This document shows positions 13,379-23,830 of a stretch of DNA of 63,991 bases, one piece after another. Position 1 is the stretch's first letter. Each line of letters opens with the position of its first letter. The position numbers and the translations under genes were made by a program. The notes beneath the pieces were generated by a model. That model ran no database searches, was not told the origin of the DNA, and saw only the letters and a list, made by a program, of their open reading frames with translations. The stretch comes from Octopus bimaculoides. Lineage: Eukaryota. The stretch is from NCBI RefSeq assembly GCF_001194135.2, contig NC_068987.1, forward strand, positions 93,314,855 through 93,378,845. The letters are read 5' to 3'.

Positions 13379-13539
13379 GGGAGAATATACAAAAAATAAC
13401 AACAGACGAGGACAGGTGGTGTAAATAACAAAAGTATATATTAGTATGACGCTCGGGAATACGGAAAGTCTTTGACGTTTCGAGCTACGCTCTTCAACAG
13501 AAAGAATACGGAGACAAGGAGAAAAACACGGAGAAAAAA
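13378..13539 (-). mobile_element. 3'-terminal fragment of a hammerhead-bearing (PLE pLTR-like) repeat, family H2
   Basis: Contains the motif at 13469-13505; bounded by (TA)n on one side and a 620-nt gap on the other. Confidence 0.6.
13469..13505 (-). ncRNA. Minimal type-I hammerhead-like motif with variant core CUGUUGA
   Basis: Minus strand: UCUUU-CUGUUGA-A-GAGC(GUA)GCUC-GAAAC-GUC-AAAGA. Stem I 5 bp perfect, stem II 4 bp, loopless palindromic stem III (ACGU), GUC triplet; position A6 is U. Confidence 0.65.
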
Positions 13540-14159
13540 NNNNNNNNNNNNNNNNNNNNNNNNNNNNNNNNNNNNNNNNNNNNNNNNNNNNNNNNNNNNN
13601 NNNNNNNNNNNNNNNNNNNNNNNNNNNNNNNNNNNNNNNNNNNNNNNNNNNNNNNNNNNNNNNNNNNNNNNNNNNNNNNNNNNNNNNNNNNNNNNNNNNN
13701 NNNNNNNNNNNNNNNNNNNNNNNNNNNNNNNNNNNNNNNNNNNNNNNNNNNNNNNNNNNNNNNNNNNNNNNNNNNNNNNNNNNNNNNNNNNNNNNNNNNN
13801 NNNNNNNNNNNNNNNNNNNNNNNNNNNNNNNNNNNNNNNNNNNNNNNNNNNNNNNNNNNNNNNNNNNNNNNNNNNNNNNNNNNNNNNNNNNNNNNNNNNN
13901 NNNNNNNNNNNNNNNNNNNNNNNNNNNNNNNNNNNNNNNNNNNNNNNNNNNNNNNNNNNNNNNNNNNNNNNNNNNNNNNNNNNNNNNNNNNNNNNNNNNN
14001 NNNNNNNNNNNNNNNNNNNNNNNNNNNNNNNNNNNNNNNNNNNNNNNNNNNNNNNNNNNNNNNNNNNNNNNNNNNNNNNNNNNNNNNNNNNNNNNNNNNN
14101 NNNNNNNNNNNNNNNNNNNNNNNNNNNNNNNNNNNNNNNNNNNNNNNNNNNNNNNNNNN

Positions 14160-14196
<37 letters not shown>

Positions 14197-14300
14197 GTTA
14201 TATAAAAAGTCATGGGTAAGGCCAGAACAATACGAGATAAATCCAAAGCAAATCATAAGAAAACAGGCATATGAATTAATGGTGACTTTCCCTGCATCCA

Positions 14301-14430
14301 ATATTTAAGGGTTATGATCCCCTCTTCAGGAATTAGCGAATGTTGCAAATGTAACCCTCCTTAGGATTGTCGAATGTTGTAACATTCGCAAAAGCCTGAA
14401 GAGAAGATCAAAACCCTGAAAAATTGAGTC
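14301..14430. repeat. Short divergent inverted repeat with degenerate hammerhead cores (family H3)
   Basis: Arms 14309-14349 and 14376-14417. The plus arm reads CTGAAGA-gaagatcaaaaccct-GAAA (14396-14421) and the minus arm CTGAAGA-ggggatcataaccct-TAAA. Confidence 0.6.
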
Positions 14431-14461
14431 AAGTGACGTCATCGTCGTGGGTGATGCAAGT

Positions 14462-14822
14462 AACGCCTGACTGGCACCCGTGCCGGTGGCACGTAGAATG
14501 CACCATTTGAGTGTGGTCGATGCCAGTGCCACCAGACTGGTCCAGTGCAAGTGGCACGTAAAAAGCACCGTTCGAACGTGGTCGATGCCAGTATCGCCTT
14601 ACTGGCCCTCGTACTGGTGGCACGGGAAAAACACCCACTACACTCTCGGTGTGGTTGGCGTTTGGAAGGGTATCCAACTGTAGAAACCTTGACAGATCGG
14701 ATTGGAGCCTGGTGCAGCCTCCTGGCCTGCTAGGCCTCAGTCAAACCGACCAATCCGTGCTAGCATCGAAAACGGACGTTAAACGATTACGACCACGACG
14801 ACGATGATGATGATGATGATGA
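14462..14822 (+). mobile_element. RTE-LINE-type 3' end / RTE-related SINE with three ~65-bp internal tandem units and a (GAT)n tail
   Basis: gtggcacg units at 14486, 14551 and 14617, then cactctcggtgtggttggcgtttggaagggtatccaactgtagaaac...agcatcgaaaacggacgttaaacga and (GAT)n. The RTE assignment is from recall. Confidence 0.7.
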
Positions 14823-15539
14823 TATACCTACAGTCATGATTATTACAACGGAAGGAAATCAATTATATCCGTGTATGTCTTTGTTTTCTTTCTATTTCCG
14901 TTATTTTACACTGTATAAGGCAATGTGAACTTCACTGAAATATCAAGGAAAGCACAACGCAGAAAAAATTCGCAGAATATATGACATCTTACCAGATCTG
15001 CATTGGAAAGTTATCTTAGGGATCTGATTATCTTGTGTCTTGTATAGAAAGTCCTATATCATTATCAATACATTTCGGTTGTATTCAGCTGCGCCGAGTA
15101 GAATAATTTTAACCAATGCACATTCTATGATACAACACACAGATTCAATTTTCAGGTTGCTAAGATATAAGGAAATGTCCCAGATAAATTCTAGCGAAAT
15201 AATTGCAATATTTTGACGGTTATGTAAGGTAAATTAAATTAATTGAATTGTATAAATATTACAATGAATGAGTTTTTGAGAGATTTGCATAAATATATAT
15301 ACACATCAACATGTATACACACTCTGCATTCTTCTCTCTCGTGTATTTACACTGGTTTTTTTTTTGCATTTTATTTACTCTTCATGTAATAAAGTTTTAT
15401 CCTTCTGTTTTTATATTTATAGTTTTGTCCAACTAACTTTCTGCTTCCTTTCATTTCTTTCCATTAATTGTGCTCTTTTTCTTTCTCTGCTAATTCCTTT
15501 CTTTCTTTCGCCCTCTCAACATCTTTATCAATGCCAAGT

Positions 15540-15610
<71 letters not shown>

Positions 15611-15726
15611 NNNNNNNNNNNNNNNNNNNNNNNNNNNNNNNNNNNNNNNNNNNNNNNNNNNNNNNNNNNNNNNNNNNNNNNNNNNNNNNNNNNNNNNNNN
15701 NNNNNNNNNNNNNNNNNNNNNNNNNN

Positions 15727-16190
15727 TATACAAAAAATAACAGAATGAAATAAAAATCCAAGGCTGTGAAAGATTTCAGAACGTTTATAAATAGAAGGTC
15801 TTACAGCTGTTTCCAGGATATTTTATATATTCCTTCATCGGAGACGGTGTGAGAAAATGGTTAAACAATAGTTATTTTGGATAAGATATGAAATAGAGAG
15901 TGAAGTGGAGGAACAGAATTAGACGTGAGATATGCAGGGATATTATATCTGTAGTTCCACTACTTAGGCAGAGTTGTATATATATTAGATTCCTGTACCT
16001 TGTGAGAAAGTTCCTATAGCATTTTATATCTTATCTAGAGTAATTATTGCTTAACTATTTTCTCACACCATCTCCAATGAAGGGATACATAAAATAACCC
16101 GGAAACAGCTGTAAGGCTTTCTATTTATAAATGTTCTGACATTTTCCACAGCCTTGGATTTTTATCTCATTCTATTAATTTTATTATATA
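15727..16190. mobile_element. Divergent fold-back element (arms 15727-15894 and 16021-16190), family H4
   Basis: ~168-bp arms about 85% identical in inverted orientation around a 126-bp spacer; each arm has a hammerhead-like motif. Confidence 0.85.
15798..15845 (-). ncRNA. Type-I hammerhead-like motif (core CCGAUGA)
   Basis: GUCU-CCGAUGA-AGGA(auauauaaaaua)UCCUG-GAAAC-AGCU-GUA-AGAC. Stem I 4 bp, palindromic stem III ACAGCUGU, GUA triplet. The partner at 16070-16117 (+) has core CCAAUGA. Confidence 0.6.
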
Positions 16191-16577
16191 TACACAAGCT
16201 GATATATGAGCTACGTTGGACTCTTCATTCGCATAATCACCGAACCTGGAGCTTAGCTACACTCTGTCCATACTACTTACTCACCACTACCAGACACCTT
16301 TGGGTCTTATTGACACCATTACCTCTCATAACCTCTCTATATATTCGTATANNNNNNNNNNTATATGAGTATATTAACCTAGTTTAATCTCTTGTGTAGC
16401 TATGGTCTTGTGAAGGCGATCCTAGTGAAGTCTGGAACCTCCCCTTGCCACCGTTATCTGGAATGAGTACTGGAGTAGCTTCCCGTTGCATTTTTCAAAC
16501 ACGTGGAATTTGATCTTAGAATATAAAGAACCGGAAAATATACCTGCAAGTAGCCTGCCACTCTTCCACCCGCAAAT

Positions 16578-16662
16578 CAACGTGAAATGAAATGTTTTGC
16601 TCTCGAAAGCAACGCGATTAAGTGATCATGACGGCAGGACACTTACCTGTCCACGCGACCTC
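16578..16662 (-). mobile_element. Decayed SINE family C head fragment
   Basis: caacgtgaaatgaaatgttttgctc...gatcatga...ccacgcgacctc is the reverse complement of the head region of 43061-43371. Confidence 0.55.
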
Positions 16663-16754
16663 GCATACGTAATTATACATACTTACATACATATATGTGC
16701 ATACAGACACATACACACACACATACACACACACACATATATATAACTGAGGAG

Positions 16755-16904
16755 CTTTTTGTTTCTATCAACTAAATTCACTTACAAGCCTTTGGTCAGC
16801 CCAAGGCTTTAATAGGACATGTCCAGTGTACCACGCGTTGAAACTGAACACGGAATCACGAGGTCGTAATGCAAACTGCTTACGACACAGCCACTCCTTC
16901 GCCT
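16755..16904 (-). mobile_element. tRNA-derived SINE family B (head aggcgaaggagtggctgtgt)
   Basis: Reverse complement aggcgaaggagtggctgtgtcgtaagcagtttgc...gttcagtttc...gaccaaaggcttgtaagtgaatttag; followed (to the left) by a TG microsatellite. Confidence 0.65.
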
Positions 16905-16998
16905 ATAAAGGTAATGGATTGCAAAATTACTATTCGTAAATCTCACTACGAGAGATATTCAGCAACATTACACTGGAGTAAATATTATTTGCCCACAT

Positions 16999-17139
16999 AC
17001 ATGACAGTCCTGGTTTAGGACGAATTTCCTTCTTCGAAAATATAAGGACACAGATCGTGTCGTATAGCCAGCTGGAGACGATGTTTCCTGACGCTAAATT
17101 TCAGCAACATTCGTTCTAAATAAACGAGGACTGCCATGT
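16999..17139. mobile_element. Short relative of the 45228-45620 fold-back element
   Basis: Inverted termini acatgacagtcctggttt / aaacgaggactgccatgt; the interior matches the outer right arm of 45228-45620. Confidence 0.7.
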
Positions 17140-19187
17140 TATGTTGGCCAATAATATTTACTCCATAATGGATTATGTTGTAAACCGGACAGTAACTATG
17201 TACTATGTTACTAAGTATACCGAATCGTAAAAGTCACATTAGGGAAAATAGCGAAATTACCGGCCGATTTCAAGTTGTATTCAAAATGGTAGATTGTACC
17301 GATGTGGCATATGATGTAAAGCTTTATCAATCCTGGTCATCCCTCACTACCATATACACGGTAAATCCAAGGAAACCTCACATCCACAGAATCTGTTTTT
17401 GAAGCAAATCAAAATATTTCATAGTCTCATGTTTAGGCACGGAATTATAGAAGACCGTGACTCGCTAGTTCTAGCCTATTCTTTGTACACCGACAGTTAT
17501 CGATTTTTAGAGGACTTTTAGAAGCTTTAAAATTGTAGCGTCAGACGACGTACAAATAACGTGGAAGTTAATTTTACGTTTCATGGTATATTAACAATTA
17601 TACGAGAGATCTTAGTACACTGGCCCTTGCTAAACCGTTCAGCACCCTGCGTCCTGTGCGTCTGAAATACCCGAGGAGCAGTCGTAAAGTGGCAGTTAAA
17701 GGAAAAATTTATACGAATTATCTTCCGGGTATTTCAAACATGGAGTAGATGGATAATGGTGTTTGCTTTATGAAACCTCGAAGCGTACTACGCTTCGAGG
17801 AATGGGAAGAGGAAGGGAATCGAGTGAGTTGCAAGACTTCAATGGCTGTGAAATATGATCAGCTCCAGACGCAGGAAAAGAAACAATATTTTAGCAATAA
17901 TAAAAGCAAAGTGGGGAGGCGTCGTCACATCTCTAAGCTAGGACTTAGAATGCCTTGGTGAACGTGGTTAGAGCAGTAAAGCCAGTGGATTGGTATAATT
18001 GGTGATTTGCATAATATTCGCTTTTACATGTTAACATTCTCGACATTTCTTGCTTAGTTTTAGATAACCTTGATTCAAGAGAGAAGGCATGAGAGACATA
18101 AGGCGAGTGAAGTCAGTTAACGTGCTTCCTACGCAAACAATATTAAAAAATTAACTAAAGTGATTTATAAGGTCCTGCTTGACATGCTTCTGTCAGGAAA
18201 CTCGGAGGAGCACGGAGAATGAAGTCAGAGTTTTTTTTCTTTCTGCTTTGTTCACTCAAATGCGCACACATACACAGACCGCTCACATATATCAGGGATC
18301 TGGTTATCAATCAACCTGCCAAACACTTTGCATATGCATATTCATATGCAGGCATATATATATATATATATATATATATTTATTTATTTATTTATTTATT
18401 TATATATGCTTGTACGTATGTAGATATATATATATACATGCATGTATGCACGTATAGGTTTGGGACAAGGGCAAGAATATATGTTCCTAGAGAAAAAAAA
18501 GAGAGGACATTTATTTTTTTATCAACGTAAAAAGTGTAAATGTGCCACGTTCTACATAATGGTCTCGGTGAATTATTGCCAGTGTTAAATGTTAAAAATA
18601 TATCTCACTCATAAAAGAACATGATTGATAGACAATTGAAAAACAGTTGGGTTTAAGACAAACTCGCATAAAAAACGCAATTAGACAAAAACAATAAAAC
18701 ATTAGTTGACATTTTAGATATCAGTTTGTCTTTCGCACAGCATCTCCTTCGGCAGCATAGAGAAACAAAACTAAAATGAATGGCAACGGGAGAATGAAAA
18801 CCAAAACGCCATCATAAATATCGTTCTAAATGCTTAGTCATTGCAATAACATCCGGACAGTAAAGTTATTTGCATTGCCTGCAATGTTATACGCTAAGGT
18901 AGAGCCATGAATTTGTAAAGAAGACAGTGTCACTCAAAAGGTCTGGCATGTATTTAGTTACGTGTCTTTCATCTACGTTCGAATTTCACTGAGGACGATG
19001 CTGTCAACCTTCCTTGGTCGATGTAACACTTGTGAGCAACACAAGTATGCTGGAGAGAAAAAAAAGGCCTGTAATGAAAAAACTTAGAAAGTACAAATTA
19101 TTTGTTAATCACTTGGAGTCATATGACGCTAAACAAATGATATGGGTGTGAGAGAGAAAGCGAGGGAGAATAAGAGAGAATACGTGT

Positions 19188-19233
<46 letters not shown>

Positions 19234-19993
19234 ACAGTCTCTCTGTGTCTCTCACACACGTATGCGTGCATACCTGGCATTTGTTGTTTCATTTTTTAAT
19301 CCTAGGGACAATAATTTTGTGGTGTTTCATTATTATTATTCAAAATATACTCCTTAAACTCATACTAGAAACGCCGTTATGAAAACAGAAATTAAAAACT
19401 GTTTAAAGAGGCATTCCGACTCCATGTAATAAAATGACGAATTAACAGGACGAATGACTCAGTAAGCAGTATGCAATCTAAAACAATCATGGCCCAAATT
19501 GTAATAAATTAGCTATGACGTTTTTCATTCCTGTATTTATCCAACGATATGTGAAACATATGACTGTTGGCTACTACTTGCTATATTCTCTAAACGTATT
19601 GAGATCCACAACTCTGAATCGGTGTGCTATTTTCAAACTAGATTATAGATACTGACTTCACTTTCACCGACAGCGGTTCACTAAATACATAGGGTTCTCC
19701 TACTTCCAATATACATCAGAAATAAGTAGCCGATGATCGTGTGAGGTTTCTTCCTATAAACATATCTATTCAAGAAAATGTGCATTGTTCAAGCACACTT
19801 TAAACGTAATCTTAACTTCAACACTTTGCTGCCCTGCCTTGAAAGCTATTCTCATCTTAGAATTAATTTATTATATATATGAATACGGAATAATATTAAT
19901 ATAATATATTTATATATTTTAGTCATACGTTCGTTTGCAACAGACAAACATATAAACATATGTATACATACATACATACATACATACATACAT

Positions 19994-20050
<57 letters not shown>

Positions 20051-20973
20051 CAATCACACAGACCCCAAGATCGATGCGAAAATGAACCGTCGTTCACTTG
20101 GAGTATACTACGATGCTCTTTTATGCATATATGTATCCGATGATATTGGGATAAAGGTTTTCTTAGGTGACTAAACGTCTTCTGTTTTATAGCAGTTTGC
20201 GTCAAATCAGCACTTCCATAATGTCAATGATGCATTTAAGCAAGTTGATAACGGATATTGTGGTGTATTGGTTTAGTGCATCTTCATTCTACAAACTCCA
20301 TCTTACTTTAAAGGAGAGGAATGAATATACAAACATACTGAGATAAATGCTCAAGAAAATATACGTACAAGCACGTATATATGTGTGCATGTGTTTGTAT
20401 CACTGTATTTATGAACACATACGCAACACACATACATACACAGCACACATATATACACATATATTCACATAAGATCTCATGAAACCCACAATCATATGAG
20501 TGTGTGTGCATGCATATATACATAAATAAATAAATATTCACATAAACTCACACGAAAGCCACAATTATCTATACACGTAAACACTCTCATTTGCCTATCT
20601 GGCTGCTCGCTTGTAGCGGATATGCATGTGTGCGTATATAAGTGAACGCTTGTATAGGCATGCAATCGTGTGTTTGAGGAAGTGTGTGTTAAATGATCGC
20701 AAATTAATTTCACAAGAAAAAATTCCTCTAAAAAGAGATCGAATTCGATCAAATTTGATAGAGACTGAATTAGATGGAGTAAGATAAGCCATCATTCGCC
20801 TATCAGTTGGAGCTTCACTGATATTTAACTTCCCAAGGAGAAAACGATTAATAGAAAATGTAAACGAAGGAAGAATGAGCGAGAAAAATGGTGATAAATT
20901 GAGCAAGAGACAAGAGGGAGAGAGACATAGAACGAGAAAGTGAGAAACAGCGCGCTTGAGGATAAGATAGATT

Positions 20974-21087
20974 GAGAGAGAGAAAGAGAAGGAGAGAGAG
21001 AGAAAGAGAAGGAGAGAGAGAAAGAGAAGGGGAGAGAGAGAAAGTGAAGGAGAGAGAGAAAGAGAAGGAGAGAGAGAAAGAAAGAGA
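20974..21087. repeat. Polypurine (GA-rich) tract with a recurring GAGAGAGAAAGAGAAG unit
   Basis: ~114 nt containing a single pyrimidine. Confidence 0.9.
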
Positions 21088-22590
21088 TGGTGATGAAGAT
21101 TTACGGCCCATAAAATAATTTTCGATTGCTTTCATCTTTTGTCTACAAGAATAGAAGTTCTCTTTTGAACATGAATTATCAAACCGATTCAAATTGCAAT
21201 AACATTTCGTCAAAAGAGACTTGGAATTAACAGATTAAGCGGATGATGTTCAAAACGATGATGGCCTGAGATAAGACAAGAAAGAATGTTCAATATTCTT
21301 ATATATTCATGGCAAACATTACCTTTTTTTTATTGCTACCTTTCGAAAAGTGTATTCTGTAACTCTATGCACCACCTTTATCGTTGACTCTTAGTTTTCT
21401 TTAAAACGCAGAACCTTACAGATCAGTTGAGTGTTAAGTTAAAATGTGAAACAAACAAAATGAAAAGCTCACGTAAATACAAATATAAAACAACTAAAAA
21501 GTAAATAACTATTCTTCGCTTATTTTTGAGATTTTACTGTTACATCGTAAAAATAGAGAACAAAACACATACACGAATAATAACTGTTAGAAAGTAAATT
21601 TCTACTGTAATTGGTTTGTACATTTCGAAGGGGACATAACTTACATTGCCAAGCCGTGTCAGCGTCGCTTGTTACTAATATTTCTATGCGTTATACTAGT
21701 CACAAGAAGGCCAACATCATAAGGAATTTTCGCTGACGAGGAAGGAAGCATCAAGGTTCTCGTTTCTGTCACTTTTATTTGTACAGAATAGTTGAAAATA
21801 AGGAAACCGTAGTATTTTTTTCCTTAATTGGCTCAATGGAAAAAATCATTATTATTTCACATATTGATAACATTAAAACGCATCATTTTATTTAAATTCA
21901 TCAAAACCAGAAAATCAAAACAAAAGAAAATATTTCTAATGAGTGAAATACTCAGAACGGGATTCTAATGGCTGAATAGAATTTTATCTTACGTTTCTTG
22001 GGATTCGATTGCAGTGAGGAGGATGAGAGTAAACGAGAAAAAACCGTTTATACTGCACGATGCACTCGCAAACATCTCCAGGGACAAGTTATTTCACATA
22101 TAACATCACAATTCCATGTGTAATTACTTATGCATAAATATCAATGTATATGTGCCTGTGGTGTTGATATAAACGACTGTATAACGTGCGTATGAAAACG
22201 GACAATAAATATCCATTGAAATATAGAGAAAATAGCAGACAGGAGACCCAATCTAGCAAGGAAAATATATCGAAGAAAAGTAGGAGAAAAAAAAAGACAG
22301 CTGTATTTTTATTTAAAAATAAGAACAGCATAAAGATAAGTCTTTTTTAAGAGATTCCGTGCGACTGCTCAAAAATGGATTCCAACAAAAGATATTTCAA
22401 AAGAAAAGGAGGCTCAGATTATAGGTTGAAAGATCGGAAATATGTAATTTAGTGGACTGGAATTAGAAGCATTTCAGTTTTAATTAAAGAATACTGTACA
22501 CTTAAGAACAATATAGCATTGAAACTGTACAAATCTTGAAGGCATGATAATATTCCTGGATTATCTTGCAAAGATATCCTTCTCCGGTCG

Positions 22591-22890
22591 ATGAAAAAGT
22601 TAGCAGTAGTACCAATAATTGTCGGAGCCCTGGGAACAGTGAGAAAAAATCTCGAGAAGTACGTGGAACAAATAGGGGTTGCAATAAGGGTGGAGCATTT
22701 GCAAAATACAGCGCTGCCTGGAAGCGCTTGAATACTCCGGATAATGCTCGAAAAATAAGAGGTGTTACCTTAGTTCTCTGGTAGTGAGCAGCTGACACTG
22801 CAGTACACCTTCAGCGTTAGAAGCTGTGCAAAGGCAATAATAATAATAACAATAACAATAATAATAATAATAATAATAATNNNNNNNNNN

Positions 22891-22934
<44 letters not shown>

Positions 22935-22960
22935 TGATAATAATAATAAAAGTAATAATA
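22591..22960 (+). mobile_element. R4/Dong-type LINE 3' end (C-terminus of the restriction-like endonuclease, UTR, (AAT)n tail)
   Basis: MKKLAVVPIIVGALGTVRKNLEKYVEQIGVAIRVEHLQNTALPGSA*ILRIMLEK* then UTR and (AAT)n. Confidence 0.85.
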
Positions 22961-23270
22961 ATGGAACCTTGAGAACAGTATCAGAAGGCATCAACAGGAA
23001 TATAAAGGAAATTGGTATAGTGTCCAGTAGAAATTTTACAAAAGACTTGCCTCCTTAGAACGGCCAGAATGATCAGGAAAGTATTAAACAGCTGAACAGA
23101 ACAACTATCATGGTGCCGTAGGCTGCAGGTACTAAGCCTGCTACGCATGCCTGACTCCAGGAGCTTCAATAGAACTTGTGATAAAGAGAAAATAATTATA
23201 ATAATAAGGATGATGATGATAATAATAATAATAGTAGTAGTAGTAGTAGTAATAGTAGTAGTAGTAGTAA

Positions 23271-23311
<41 letters not shown>

Positions 23312-23357
23312 ATAATACTAATAATAATAATAATGATAATGATAATAATAATAATAA
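22961..23357 (+). mobile_element. Second R4/Dong-type LINE 3' end with mixed (ATA/GAT/AGT)n tail
   Basis: GTLRTVSEGINRNIKEIGI / LQKTCLLRTARMIRKVLNS* (frameshifted). Confidence 0.8.
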
Positions 23358-23359
23358 TG

Positions 23360-23830
23360 AATCGTGTAATCGAACATCGTCGGCCGGATATTGTCATATT
23401 GAATAAGAGACAAATACTGTCAGATCGTTGATGTAGCCATACTAAATGACATGAATGTTGTGAGTTAAAGAAGTTGAAAAAATCACCAAATACTCCGAAT
23501 TGAAAGTGGAAATGGCAAGATTGTATGGAATGCAAGAGGGTAATGTAAAAGCGATTCCAGTGGTGATCGGAGTGTTGGGCTCATTCCCATTGAAACTTTT
23601 GCAGATACAAAATTGTTCAACCTGACAACGCGTGACTACACACAATTTTGGCAACGGGTCAAGCACTCGACAAACTGATGGGATGTGATGGAAGTAGTGG
23701 TGAAGTGCGTACAAGAGTACACTTATTGCCTGCTGAGAGCAACAACTGCTGCCTCATCGGTTCCAAGTTCTACCAGCACAAAGGCGTTAGTATTTTCCTG
23801 CCTGACAACACCAGTGACATGAACGTTTAG
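23360..23830 (+). mobile_element. Third R4/Dong-type fragment with the PD-(D/E)xK endonuclease core
   Basis: NRVIEHRRPDIVILNK / QIVDVAILNDMNV / EVEKITKYSELKVEMARLYG...IPVVIGVLGS; contains frameshifts. Confidence 0.88.

Noticed and set aside
14480-14680. CRISPR-like spaced repeats
   Set aside because: Whole ~65-bp units are homologous, so there are no unique spacers; eukaryotic retroelement tandem, no cas genes.
16641-16650. Perfect minus-strand donor CAG|GTAAGT
   Set aside because: Lies inside a decayed SINE head; no acceptor upstream.
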